64,000 nucleotides of DNA from Salpingoeca rosetta (GCA_033442325.1 JAWQFM010000001.1:1322359-1386358), one strand, 5' to 3'. Positions 28,849 to 48,171 are shown, counted from the stretch's first letter. Notes: generated from the letters alone by a model not told the origin. Numbers and translations: made by a program.

Positions 28849-30347
28849 ATGCCACTGGAGCGGAGTCTGGAGCAAGGCAGCAGCGAGGCTGTGAAGCGGG
28901 TGAAGCAGCGGCTCTCCGGGTTTGAGACAGAGGCTGGAAGGCGAAAGGTGCGTTTGCGACTGGCTGCGACTCTGCAACTCTGTACGCTGGAGGGGGGGGG
29001 GGGGCGGGTTTATTGCTACTGGCTGCGACTCTGTAACTCTGTACGCTGGAGGGGGGGGGGGCGGTTTATTGCTGATGGCTGCGCACGAGTGTTTGTGGGT
29101 GGGAAGCAAGCAATTCACAACAACCAGGAGTGAAGAAGCGTGCCGTGCAACCCAGCGTGCAACCCAGCGTGCAACCCACTCGCGAACCCAGCGTGCAACC
29201 CACTCATCAACACAGCGTGCAACCCAGCGTGCAACCCAGCGTGCAACCCAGCGTGCAACTCAGTGTGCAACCCAGCGTGCAACCCACTCATCAACACAGC
29301 GGGCAACCCACTCACCAACCCAGCGTGCAACCCAGTGTGCAACCCAGTGTGCAACCCAGTGCGCAACCCAGCCTGTCATCTCACACCACCACCACCACCA
29401 CCACCACCACCACCACCACCACCACCACCTAAACTACTACCTCTGCCGGCTTGGTTTGGTTTGGTTTGCTACGGTAGGGCCTGGGGTTCCAGCCCAACGC
29501 AGGGGATGTGTTCATTGTGACCACGCCAAAGGCGGGAACCACATGGATGCAGCAGATCTGTCACCAACTGCGCTCACGAGGATCAATGGACTTTGAGGAG
29601 ATTAGCGCCGTGGTGCCCTGGATCGAGCTTGCACATGACCTCGGCCAGGACCTGGAGGAGCCGCAGGTGGCCCAGCCGCGGTGTTTCAAGACCCACTGCT
29701 GGTACGACCACTGCCCCAAGGGCGGCAAGTACATTGTTGTTGTGCGCGACCCTGCGGACGTCGCGCTCTCCTTCTACAAGTTCTTTGAGGACTGGTTCTT
29801 CGAGCCGGGCGAGGTTGGCCTGGAGGAGTTTGTGCGCGAGTTCTGGCTTGCGCGCGGCGTGCCAGAGTCCGAGATGCAGAACGCAAGCTACTTCCACCAC
29901 CTCATCTCCTGGTGGCAGCACGTGGGCCGCGACGACGTTCTCTGGGTCTTCTTCGAGGACATGAAGCAGGACCTGCGCTCTGTTGTGCAGCGCGTCGCCG
30001 CGTTTATGGGCATCCCCGATGCAGACGACGCCCTCATCGACAAGGTTGTGGAGCACTCCTCCTTTGAGTTTATGAAGGCGCACGAGGCCCAGTTTGATGA
30101 GCACCTGAGCAAGCTCCGGCGAAACGCCGCCTGTGGGTTGCCGCCGGACGCCGGGATGCGCCACGGCAAGATCAACCGCGGCGAGAGCGGCGCTGCAAAG
30201 AAGACGCTGCCTGCAGAGGTGCTGGCCGACATCCATGCCAAGTGGAAGCAAGTGGTCGCTCCAGTCGTTGGCTGTGACACATACGCCGCATTTCGTGACA
30301 AGGTGCACGCCCAGCAACAACAGCAACAGCAACAACAGCAAGCATAG
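28849..30347 (+). CDS. Cytosolic PAPS-dependent sulfotransferase (Sulfotransfer_1 family), 2 exons
   Basis: Exon 1 28849-28947 (MPLERS...GRRK) and exon 2 29478-30347. 5'-PSB loop DVFIVTTPKAGTTW, catalytic FKTH, 3'-PB VRDPADVALSFY, FEDMKQDL, SSFEFMK. No signal anchor. Confidence 0.93.
29145..29375 (+). repeat. 12-bp minisatellite (CAACCCAGCGTG)n, intronic
   Basis: Roughly 19 twelve-bp units including variants (CAACCCACTCAT, CAACCCAGTGTG), followed by (CCA)n. Confidence 0.9.
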
Positions 30348-30644
30348 CGTGCTGTGTGTTGTGTGTGTGTGTGTGTTGTGAGAGAAGTTTGTGTGTACAT
30401 GTGTTGTGCGTTTGTGTGTCTGTGTGTGTGCATGTGTTGTGAGAGAGTTTGTGTACATGTGTTGTGTTGTGTGGCATCTCGCAGTGTCGCAGTGTCGCAG
30501 TGACGACGGCGAGGAACGGCGAATATTCACGAATAATAAACGACACTTTTCCGTGTTGTCCTGCTCACCAAGCGAGTACACTCACCTTGCGCTGCCAACG
30601 ACCACCACAACAACAGCCGTCAGCGAGCAGCAGACGAGCCAGCC

Positions 30645-35751
<5,107 letters not shown>

Positions 35752-36550
35752 GGCCCACGCTTCTCGTCCACACACGTACCCATCCACGCCCAATGCTTTC
35801 TGCCACCTCTTCACATTCACCACTACGCCACCACCACGCCTTGCCTGAGAATGTGCTCCCTTCGCTCCTGGTGCTCCGATGAGCCGACATGACGGTGATT
35901 GCTGTTGTGTAACATGTGGTGCTCTGCCTGATGCTTCCTTCTCCCACAAACGCATGCACGCATGTTTGGTCTGTGGCTTTCGTGTTTTCCCCTCGCATCA
36001 TTCATTAAACCGTCATCGCCACCGCTGGCATTGCATAACACTTGCACCCCCATATGCGCGGCACCCACCACAACCCATTCCTGGTCGTCACATCACATGA
36101 CATGACGGGGCTGCTGTGCCATGCACGCACGCCACAGCCACACTGACCCACCATCACCGGCCCTTGTCAACACCCAACACGTGGAGCAGCACCTGCTCGA
36201 CAATTGAGGGTTTTGTGCATCTTTCTTGTCAACTTGAAACACGCGGCACACAAAGTGCGCAAACGCGCACAACCAGCAAACAGTTACAGCAACAAGACAA
36301 ACAAGACACGGCACACAAAAAGCAGGAGGGAGGACGTCTGTTGTGGGTGCATGTGTGTTTTCAGTGGTGCATCTTGCTCAAGGACAACATCAGATCAGGT
36401 TCACTGGTGCACACACGTGCGTGTGCGTGTGTACTTGCGCAGTATCATTTATCTCAAGTGCGCATCAAGGAGATTCCCATCAATGCTTGCGGCTGGCCAG
36501 TGGATTCGTGAGCAGCAGTGTGACATCGCATCCATCGACAGAACATCGTC

Positions 36551-37683
36551 ATGGCGGACGCCAATCGACAACGAGCGCAGCAGGCGCAGCAACAACAACA
36601 GCAGGGGCAGCAGGGGCAGCAAGGGCAGCAAAGACAGCAAGGACAGCAACAGCAGCAGCAAGCACAGCAAGGGCAGCAGGCACAGCAGCAACAGCGAGGG
36701 CAACAGCAAGGGCAGCAAGCGGAGGAAGAGCAGCCTCCGCAGGATGAACGCAAGCATGAGCCCTCATGGCAGGCGCGCTTGGAGTGGTGGGAGACACACC
36801 TTCGACCAGCGACCGCCCCACAAGTCTACACGGAGTTCCCGCACACCGTCTCCGAGGTGAAAATGCGCGCGCAAAGCGCTCTCGACAGTACTGTGCGCCA
36901 CCTCTGCTGATGATACACCGCGCACGGTTGCGCCACTCATGCTTGCGCCATATGCCATCTCTGCTGCACACTCACGCCTCTTGTCGATGCATGTTTGAAC
37001 GGTGACCGGTCTCGCCAGGAAACAATGTTCACCGTCTACGACAAGCAGATCTCGCGCAGGTACATCCAGATGTTTGCGGAGCATTTGCAGGACCACGACC
37101 TTCTCCTTCTCACGGCGTTTGCCGTCTTCATCCACAAGGTGAGGCTCGAATGACCCTGTGTTATCCATTTGCCTGCTGGTACTGTCTTTTTGCTTGTATC
37201 CCAGCGTCTGTCTGCTGTCCCCGTCCTCTCCCTCCTTACACAGTCTCACACCCATTTCTTCATGCTTTCCCACTTCACACCACCTTCACACACACATGCA
37301 CACACACACGCACACACACAAACAAACACGCACCGCCCCCAGCAAACCCGCGAGGATTGCTTTGTGGTCATGCACATGACGACGCCGCCCGACTTCTTGC
37401 CGGTCCTGATTCAGTTCAAGGTGCGGCACTCATGCCTTGCGTGTTTACCATGGCATGTCGACAAGGACATCCGTCGCAGTGTTTGCCAGTACTGCCTGTC
37501 ACTACAAGCCCTGTCGATGGATCGCCTCGCACATGCTCAACCGCACTTGCGCGCTTCTCACACACGCACACACTCATGCCTGGTGCGAACTCACTGCTCT
37601 TCCCAACTAGCCGGACATGACGGTCCAGGAAGCAATGGACGCTGTCGCACGCGCCATGGCCAAGTCGGCAGAGGTGTGGCGCT

Positions 37684-37756
<73 letters not shown>

Positions 37757-38883
37757 GACAGGAAGGCTTCCCGCCCAATGGCTGTTTGTGTTGATGTTGT
37801 CGACCGCAACCCATCTGCACTGTTGCAGCTCACAAACCAACGCCTCCCATACGCGGGTGTGCATGCGTGCGCGTTCTCCCGCACGTGACAGATGGAGGTT
37901 CCCATACAGGATCTGGTGGCCTACTTCGACTCAAAGGGCAAGGACGCCGGACGCCACTTCCGCAACCTCTGCAAGGTCCTCGTGGCACTCCCTGTACTTT
38001 CACACACATATGCACACACACACACACATGCACACACACTCAGGCCCAAGATGTGCACTCACGTTGACAGCATACATGGATGCAACACGTGAACAGTTGT
38101 GCATTGTCCCGCGCTTTCGGGAAGGCGTGGACCGCTTCAACTTGCTGCAACCGTCTCTCGCCTTCATCGCAATCTCTGATGTGAGCTGCCCTTGAGACAC
38201 GCGTGCCAACCCTCTTCTCCACCTTGATGACACTCCCAGCGCACACCTGCGTCCTTGCAAACTCCGCCACCCGCGTTCCTCACATGTCCACGCCCCCCCA
38301 ACTGCCTTGGCTGTGGTTGCTGCTCAGTGGCTCATGAGCCGGCGGCTGCCCCTCGACGTCCAGTCCCAGCGTCTCATCCCAAAGAAGCTCGGCATCAGCT
38401 TCCCAGCGGTGTGTTGCTTGTTTCCTTGTTTTGTGTTTGTATTTGTTTTGTTTTGATTTGGTTTGTTTTGGTTTGGTTTGGTTTGGTTTGGTTTGGTTTG
38501 GTTTGGTTTGGTTTGGTTTGGTTTGGTTGTTTGCATTTGCCAGATGCCACTGCTTGTCGGTGGCCGTTGACTTCTTCCCCTCACCGCCCGCCTTACCATT
38601 ACGCTCCTGGTGCACACACACGCACGTGTGTGTGCGTGTGTGTGCGTGTTTGACTGCGCAGGATGCGTATCTCAGCCAGTCGAGTGAGTCTCTGCTCGAG
38701 CAGGTGATGCACACGTGGTACGCTTTGACCCTGCAGAGAGACACCAAGGTATGTCACGCTCATCGTTTCCCACGCATCGGCTGTTTTGTGTGTACATGTG
38801 TTTGAATATGAATGCTGACGTACATGCATATATGCACGTGTGATGGCGGGCTGCATATTCTCCTTTTGCTTACACACCTGCGC

Positions 38884-38921
<38 letters not shown>

Positions 38922-39156
38922 CTCGTGAACGTGCCGCTTGCGTTACAGCTTGTTGATTTTTCGCTGGTGGACGGTGACGTCGAGAGCAAGTCGGACACGG
39001 CTAAGCAGCAGCCGAACCCAAAACTGCCACTCGACGATACGTGGCATGGCTCAGCTTTTGTACGGTCACCTTCAGTCACACATATCGACACACATCTGTC
39101 TTTGTATCTTTGTGTGCATGCATGCACGACTACCCGTTGTCGTTCGTTGTGATTGT

Positions 39157-39246
<90 letters not shown>

Positions 39247-39816
39247 TTCGTGTTGACTTCATCTTCAAATTGTTAACACTCGTGCCTTGTTTGTGTCCCC
39301 GTCGCACTGCACCTGCTGTGCGGTTTTCTTGGCTGTAGTCATACCTGGAGAAGCACGCTGCCGTTACGCCTGACAAGCCCCTGATCTTCTACAACGGCGA
39401 GACACACACGTACAAGGTGTCGTCATGGGTCTTTGACCTTGATGACTCACCGTGGATGTTGCGTTGGCTGTGTGTTCCTCTCCCCGCTCCCCTCTCACAT
39501 CACTGCATGCGATGATGTGGACACGGCAGGCCATCGACAGTGTGAGCAACCGCCTTGCAAACCTGCTCATCTCGAAGAACATTGGCAAAGGCGATGTTGT
39601 CGCGCTCTTTGCACACCGCTGCCCAACCCTCGTCGTTGGCATGATGGGTGTTCTCAAGGTGCGCCCTATCACCATGCCCAGTCATATGCAACATGCACAC
39701 ACATCCACATGCATATGCAAACACGCTTCACACGTGCACACGTACGGCTGTTGTTATTCAAGCAAGCATGCTTGCAATTATCATCGCCCATGTGCTCAAC
39801 CGCAGTCACAACACCT

Positions 39817-39876
<60 letters not shown>

Positions 39877-41262
39877 TATGTCGCCCCTGTGCCATTGCAG
39901 AGCGGCGCGACCCTGACCATCGTCGACCCGTCGTACCCGGCCACTCGCCAGGTTTGTCTGGCCACCAGCGCACCTGCCCATGCACACCTGCATGTCCCCC
40001 TGCATCGTTATGTTTTGTAGCTGTCGTTGCGCATGTGCTGACGGTATGGGGAGGTGGCGCCCACCGCATGCAGATGACGTATCTCGACGTGGCCCGGCCG
40101 CGCGCCATTGTCATCATCAGCGCCGCCGGCCAGCTCGGCCCAGAGGTATGCACGCCCTTGCACCCGCACACACCACACGCAACAAGACACAGGCACACAC
40201 ACAGGCACACACACACACATGTCGCATGGCTGTGACTGCACGTTACCATGATTGTGAAGCCGCTCACTGCCTTCACGCCTGGTGTACGCTCACGACAGGT
40301 GCAGAAGTACATTGAAGAGAAGTTGGACATTCAGCTGCAGCACACTCTCCTTCCTCCTAGCGGTGGGTCGTACATACCTGTGTGTGCTTGTAAGTGTGTG
40401 CTTGTAAGTGTGTATTTGTTTGTGTGTGTGTTTGTGTTTGTGTGTGTGTTTGGACTCGGGTGACTTTCTCTTCGCGCTTGTTTCGTGCATGTCAAGCTCG
40501 TGAGTCACTGTACACACGCAGGACATTCCCATCTTCCACGTTCGTGACTCACTTTACCACCCCATTTCAAATTGGGCAGAGCTTGGAGGCCTCGCGGATG
40601 TGTCTGATGAGTCCCCGGGAGTGGAAGTTCAGCCCGATGACATTGCCACGCTCTCATTCACGTCCGGCAGGTAAAACCGCACACACACACACACACATGC
40701 ATACTTGTGAACATGTACAGCTGTTGTTGGACTTGAGTGTACCCGCATCTCACATCCCTTGTGTATATGTGATGTGTGTGTGTGTTCGTCCACCACTAGC
40801 ACTGGAAAGCCCAAAGGCGTGCGTGGGCGCCACGTGTCACTGACACACTTCTACCCGTGGATGGGCCAGGAGTTTAAGCTGTCTGCCGATGACAGGTATG
40901 CTGCTGCCTTTGTCGACACCCCGCCCCACCCAGTTCTTGTGGTGGTCCTGCACTGATCAGCCCATTGCCGCCAACGCCGTCGTTGTCACTGCTGCCGTCT
41001 CATTGCGCAGTTTCCGTTTGTATCCACACTCACCGCGGTTGATGCTGCTTCTGCTGTTGCCACTCCTTCAACCCCTACATCTGCTGCCGCTACTGCAATT
41101 GCCCGCGGCCATGCTCTGCAGGTTTACGATGCTGTCTGGGATTGCGCACGACCCAATCCAGCGCGATGTCTTCACCCCAATCTTCTTTGGCGCTTCCATC
41201 CACATCCCACACGGTCTCAGAACGAGCGAAATGCGAGAGAGACAGGCACAGAAAGAGAGAGA

Positions 41263-41296
<34 letters not shown>

Positions 41297-41625
41297 CTGT
41301 TTGAATGGAAGTGCGGATGTTGTCCAGGCACATAGGCACTGCTAAGCTCACATGTGCTGGATCTGCTCTTATCTGCACACTTTCACACATTCTCACCCAT
41401 CTACATCCCCCACACTCACACGCACACGCACACACGCGAATTACTGGCGACAGCGGACGACATTGGCAATCCCGGCGCGCTTGCGGAGTGGGCAGTGAAG
41501 AGCGCAGTGACCGTGATGCACCTGACGCCGGCCATGGGGCAGCTGCTGATGGCAAATGCTTTTGTCCGCATGCAGGACTTGCGACGCGTCTTCTTTGTCG
41601 GCGACATCCTCACCAAGTGCGTGGC

Positions 41626-41679
<54 letters not shown>

Positions 41680-44600
41680 AGTAGTAGTTGTTGTTGTTGT
41701 TGTTGATGTTGTTGATGTTGTTTTGTTGTTTCTCCTCCTCCTCCTCCCCCTCCTCCTCCTCCTCCTCCCCCCCCTCCCTCCTCCTCCTCCTCCTCCTCCT
41801 CCTCCCTCCTCTTCTCGCACGCCTTGCTGCGGGACACACACCCCTGCTCTGCTCACTGCATATTCACCCTGCGTGTTGCCGCCCCGCCCACCCCCCCCCG
41901 CAACCTTTTGCAAGGCGAGATGCGCTGCGGCTGAAGCAACTTGCGCCAGAGTGTTGGATTGTCAACATGTACGGCACAACAGAGACGCAGCGTGCTGTCT
42001 CGTACAAGGTACGGTCATGTGCTCCCCGTTGCTTGGTGCCTACCGCTTGGTGTGCATGCATGTGTACGTGTGCTATTGTGCATGCCGCTCCTCATGTTTC
42101 GCACTTTGTACGATCCGCAGTGCCTGCGAGAATTTGCTGATATCCAGCGCGAGAAGGACGTAAGTATTGACTTGGGAAACAATCCCTGACTTTGCCGCCT
42201 TTGCTTTGGCCTTTGCTCTCGTGACCCTGCCTCTGAGCCATGTATGAAGCGACGAATGCTTCCTCGCCGCTTTCGTGTACCTTCGAGAACTACCAACACT
42301 GTTCGCTCATACATGCCATCTGGCTTTGCTCCCGTGCCCCACCTCCACTCGGTTTTGCTCATGCTCCTTCTTGCCAATGCACAGATTGTTTCGGCTGGTG
42401 TCGGCATGAAAGACGTTGAGCTGTTGGGTGCGTTGTTGCCCCACTTGACACTTCTGATGCCGGTTCCTCCCAGCCGTGCTGATCACACACACACACACAC
42501 ACACACACAGAGCACACACACACGCGCACGCACACACACACGCACACACACACCACGCACGCAGGCAGGCACGCACACTCTGTGTAGCCACACATTGCCG
42601 GATGCTCACTGCGCGCCACTTGCTGTTGATGTGTATACAGTGCTGGATGAGAACATGCGCGTGTGCGCTGTTGGCCAGCTCGGGGAGCTGTATGTGCGCT
42701 CGCCCCACCTCAGCGCAGGCTACCTTGGCCTCCCAGAGGAAACAAACAAGAAGTTCATCGTAAACCCGGTTCGACAGGCACTGTTTGTGTCGCCGCGCTG
42801 TCATGCCTTGGACGCACACATCCACAGTACATTTGTACCCACAGCACCTATCCTCCACGAGCGCTCTCTCATGCAATGTGTTCCCTCACTCAATTCTCGC
42901 ACACGTGCGTGCGTGTGTGCATGTTTGGGTGGGCAGTTTACGAACAACACGCGGGACCGGCTGTACCGCACGGGGGATCTCGGGCGCTTCCATGGCGACA
43001 TGTCTGTGGAGTGCATTGGCCGCGCCGACGACCAGATCAAGATTCGCGGTTTCAGGATTGAGCTGGGAGAGATTGACAGCCACCTCAGCCGCCACCCGCA
43101 CGTGAGCCGCTTGCCGCTTTGCCCTGTTGGTGGTGGTGTCCATGGTGTGCGCGGTGGTGGTGGTGGTGGTGTTGTTGCTGCTTTGTCGATGCGCCTGCGC
43201 ACATGTATCGTGTACTGGACCTCACGGCAGTGTGGCTTTGCGTTGTGGACTTGCTTCCGTGTCCACGCTGCTCTGGGTAACAGGTCCGCGAGAACAAGAC
43301 GCTTGTTATGCGTGATCGGAACGAGGAGAAGCAGATTGTCGCGTTCTTCGTCCCACACGTGCGCTGACTCGCACACTGCGTACTCTTGACTTGCACACTG
43401 GGAGTTCTAACATACACATTATGTGCTCGCTTGGGCACATCCCTTGTTGCGCTCCACTGAACAACCACCCCTTGGCTTTGTCCCTTACCATGGTTTGGCG
43501 CACTCATGTCTGCACACACTCACACGGCCAACTTTTCTGCCGTATCATTCCTGCTGTTCCCGTTTGTCTCTGTCAGGAGAGCGGAGAGTATGACATTACC
43601 TCGATCCGCGAGCACATGAAGAAGCACGTGCCAGGCTACGCCGTGCCCTCTGGTTGGTCGCCACATTTTATAATTTTTTTCTTCCTCTTCCTTTGCTAGC
43701 ATGCCTCAGCCATGATTCGCAGCTAACTCTTGTGTGTGTGCGTGTGTGTGTCTGTGTGTGTGTGCGTGTGTGTGTGTCTGTGTGTCTGTGTGTGCGTGTG
43801 CGTGTGCGTGTCTGTGTGCTTTCCCCTCCCCTGAATTGCAGTGTTTTATCCGCTGAAGATGATGCCGCTGACGCCAAACGGCAAAGTCGACAAGTCGCGT
43901 CTGCCTTTCCCAGACTCGGCCATCATCCTTCTCAACAGAACCAATAAGGAGGTCCGTGCGCCGCATGCGGGTTTGCCACTTGCGGGGCGGCAGCGCTTGT
44001 ATCAACACCTGCACACGTACACATGTCGCTTTGAACCTTGCGGTCTCTTGTTTTGAATGCACACACAGCGATGATCTGTCGTCCTGCTTTGGATGCCAAC
44101 ACTCCCGCTCAAACGCTTTCGCTGACGCAATTGCACTGCGTACACCACCGCGTGCCCATTCATTTGTTCATTCCACAGGCTGCACTTGACCGCGAACTGA
44201 CGGAGACGGAGCAGAAGATCAAGGACGTGTTCGCCATGCACCTCGGTGGGCACGCACACACACACACACGCACACACAACAAGGCCGTGTGACTGACATG
44301 GAAGTGCCCCACGTCCTGTTTGTGTTGCTCATGGTGCTTGTGCTGACGTCTGGCAACCATGCTGACATGCCAGTGTTCTGCCATTCTTACGCCCCGCACC
44401 ATTTCATCATCAACACCACAACACACCACAGATGGCCCAATTGGCCTTGATGACAACTTCTTTGACATTGGCGGGCACTCTATCCTCGCCACCATCGTCA
44501 CATTCAAGCTGCGAACGGCCCTGTTTCAGGTGTGCATGTGCGCGTGCGTACACCAATCACCTTCGTGTCGTTGCTGCTCTGGCTCCCTTGGTCACTCATC

Positions 44601-45975
44601 ACTCCAAACACGGATGTATTGGATGTGCATCTCATCATCTGCCCTGGTTCTTGTTGACGTTGTTCATCACTACATGCACAGGAGTTGCCAATCAATGTCT
44701 TGTACAAGTACCCGACAATCAGATCGCTCGCCACCGTTGTTACGGTAATACATACACACATGTGCTCTTAGTCCCCGCGCGCAACTGCATTTCACCTGTG
44801 AGCGCTGATGTCCCACTTGCGCGCACACACCCACTCGTCAGTAGCCGTTTCCACCTAACTGGGGTTGTTTTTGTGCCGTTGTTGTGCATTGCAGGAATTG
44901 AACACGAACGAAAGCACCATGTCGCCGCATTCGCGCGACCATCACGAGACGCTTGATCTGGAGGCAGAGACGGCGTTGGATCCACGCATCAACGGATCCG
45001 GGAAAAGCGTTCGCCAGAATGTCATCGGCAAGAACGTCTTGCTCACTGGCGCAACGGTACGTCACACACACACACACATGCACATGTGCACGCGGGTTGT
45101 GCAGTTTCACCTTGTCACAACACAGCAGCAGCCCTTGCTCACAGTGTCATCCATGTGTTGCGGTGATGCCACAGGGGTTCCTCGGAGCGCACCTGCTGCA
45201 TGATCTGCTTGCAGCGACGGAGCCCAAAGGCGGACGCGTCATCTGTCTCGTTCGCGCACAGAACGAGGAGCACGGCCTGCACCGCATCGTTGCCAGCCTC
45301 AAGTACGTCATGACACACGCACACATACACACAAGCGCATACACCAGCGCGCGCACACACACACTCACACGCACACACGAGCATTTCGGCCGCTGTGAGA
45401 TAAAGCTGTTTACTTCATCAATTTCTTTTATCCTCACCAGTTCTTTATTCTCACGCACCCGCCGTGCTGCTGTTGCCGTGCGTGTCATGTTCTGTTGCGT
45501 GTAGGGCGTACGCGCTCTATGATGTGTCGCTGCTGAGCCGCATCATTGTGCTGGTGGGCGACTTGGGACAGGAAAACTTTGGCTTGACCCCAGAGGCCTT
45601 TGAGAAGCTCGCGTCGGAGATTACCTGCATCTTCCACAACGGTATGCGCGCGTGTGTGTATGTTTGTTTGTGTACGTGATCAAAAGAAAGCGATCGGCAT
45701 GCACCTCGCACCCTCGCTGTTCGTACTTACTGCCACCGTGTTATGTATGCATGTGTGTGTGATCAACGTTCGATGCTGGGCGATTGTTTGGCTGTTTTTG
45801 CTGTTTGCTGCGTCTCCATGAATCTCTTCAGCTCATGGTACTTGCCGGTTGCTTGCTTGTTGTGTTTGATGCGCAGGCGCGATGGTCCACTGGGTGTACC
45901 CATACTCCAAGCTCAAGGCCGCCAACGTACAGGGCACATCGGAGATTCTTCGCCTCGCCTGCATCGGTGTGTGTG

Positions 45976-46034
<59 letters not shown>

Positions 46035-47895
46035 GAGTTCTTGCCTTTTGGCTTTGTTGTGTTGTTAGGCTTGACATCATGAGTCGTTGTTGATCCCTAC
46101 CATGTCTGGTCTTTGCATGATGACGGGCGCACAGGCGAAGAGCTGATCAAGGTCATCTTTGTGTCGTCGACGTCGGTGTATGACTCGTAAGTCAAAGCAC
46201 GCGGCGTCTTCCTTTCGCTCTTTACGCATTCCTTGCGTGCACCGCCTACATTCACGGACACCCAGCCCTCTCTGTCCATCCCTTCCCCTTTCTTCCCCTT
46301 CTCCTTTCTTCCCTTCCCTTTTCCTCCCTTTTCTCCCTTTTCTCCCCTTTCTCCCCTTCTCCTTTCTTGCCCTTGCCAACCTTTCTTCCTTCTTTTTCAT
46401 TTTCGCCTTTGCTATGCCTATCTAACTCATTCCATTCCCTTGCATCCCCCTGCTGTTTATCTGCCTGCATGCTCGTGTGCAAACGTGCGGCAGGCCCACG
46501 TACATGCAAATGCGCGTTGTAAGCGAGGACGCGCCGCTTATCGCTGGCGATGAACTGACCACGGGCTACGGTACGTGCTCACTCGAATGTGTGCGGTGCT
46601 TCCAAGAAGAGTGTATTTCGGGGAGGTGTGGGTGTATATATCATCCATGCTCGATGCAGCAAAGTCTTATTTTCGGCTTGCACTCGCTCACACACCCATA
46701 CACGCTCACACGCACACACACATGCGCTGATTTTGATTCTCACTGCGTGTGGTGGCATGACAGCGCAATCCAAATGGGTTGCGGAGAAGCTGTGCGAGAA
46801 AGCACGTGCGAGGAACATTCCTGTCACCGTCTTCCGCCCAGGATACATTTTCGGCAACTCCTCGTACGTTGCTCAGCACCTGCTGTTGCTTGCTGCTGTT
46901 GTTGTTGTGCTGCTGTTGCTTGCTGCTGCTGCTGCTGTTGTTGTGGTTGTTGTTGTGACTGGTGTTTCTCACAATTACACGCGCATACACACACAACATT
47001 ACACATGCACACACGCACGAGCAGGACCGGTGTGATGAATCTGGACGACTACCTTGTTCGCTTCTTGAAAGCGTGTGTTGAGGTTGGCTCGCACCCGGCG
47101 ATCCACAGCCGCATCAACATGCACTGCGTTGACTTTGTGTCTCGCACCATTGTTGAGGTGGGCTGGAACACGGAGCCAATGGGAGCCTGCTTCAACTTCT
47201 GGACACCAGACACCATTCCCACCTACAGGACACTCGGCTTTGCGTTGCGAAGCAATGGCTTTGATGTCGTCGAAAAGGTGCGGCGTGCAGTTGTGAACGA
47301 ACGCTCTGCCATTTCGGCCACGCTGTGTAAGTGGCATGACACGCCACCGCTATGCATTGCCATGCTGCTGTTGGAAGACGGCACTTTCGTTTGGCTCACG
47401 CGGCTGTGCTGTCGGGGTGGTTGTGTGTTGTGGACGTGCAGCCGTATCGCACCTGGAGTGAAGACGTCTACAAGCGCGCTGTTGAGCAGGGGGACAAGAG
47501 CTTCTCCTTGTTTCCGCTCTTGCATTTCGTCCTTGACGACCTTCCCACCCGCTCGCAGCCGGCCACCCTCTCCTGGTAAGCACCTTGACACTCTGTGTGG
47601 GTGTGATGTATGTGTGTGTATGTGTATGTGTAGGCTTGCTGGGTTGAATGTACATGTTTGTGAGCACGCCACTTGTATGTAGCGTGCCTCCCTCTTTTTT
47701 TCGATGATGTTCCGGCGCAACAGCCCGTCGTGATCACCACCCTGTCCTCCCTTACATTCTCCTCCACATGCACGCATTTGAAACGTACCCAGTGCAAATC
47801 TGGAGAGTGCACTGAAGAAAGTCAGCGAGATTTCGCACACAGACCCAGAAATCCCCGTCACCATGACCTCCTTCGACAAATTCGTCGGATTCCTG

Positions 47896-47969
<74 letters not shown>

Positions 47970-48171
47970 GTCTAATTTCCTGCATGCTCTGTGTTGTGTG
48001 GTATGCACTTCTACTCACGTCACGACACCACATGCCCTCGTGTACGATTGGTGATGTTTATTTCAGATCCACGTGAACTACCTCCCCCGCTTGCATCCAG
48101 ATCGCTACACAGGGGTGAACCTTCCATCATACGCCCAAGGCATGGTTAGGGCTGACACACATTCGATGTAG
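36551..48171 (+). CDS. LYS2: L-2-aminoadipate reductase (Lys2-type NRPS-like A-T-R enzyme), ~30 exons
   Basis: A domain: TLSFTSG|[101 protein letters not shown]. Carrier domain: [14 protein letters not shown]. Reductase: [43 protein letters not shown]. These closely resemble yeast Lys2 motifs. Last exon 48067-48171. Confidence 0.95.
38455..38530 (+). repeat. (TTGGT)n pentanucleotide microsatellite, intronic
   Basis: gtttggtttggtttgg... in a LYS2 intron. Confidence 0.85.

Noticed and set aside
29130-29520. Repeat ORFs (NPAC)n, (QPSV)n and (TQRA)n resembling Cys-rich repeat peptides
   Set aside because: They come from a 12-bp minisatellite inside a phase-0 GT-AG intron (28948-29477) whose removal gives a coherent sulfotransferase.
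38455-38530. (TTGGT)n, and (GGGGAAAGAGT)x4 at ~35328-35375, as interstitial telomere-like repeats
   Set aside because: Neither is TTAGGG. Both are short and intronic, and fit the general simple-repeat background.
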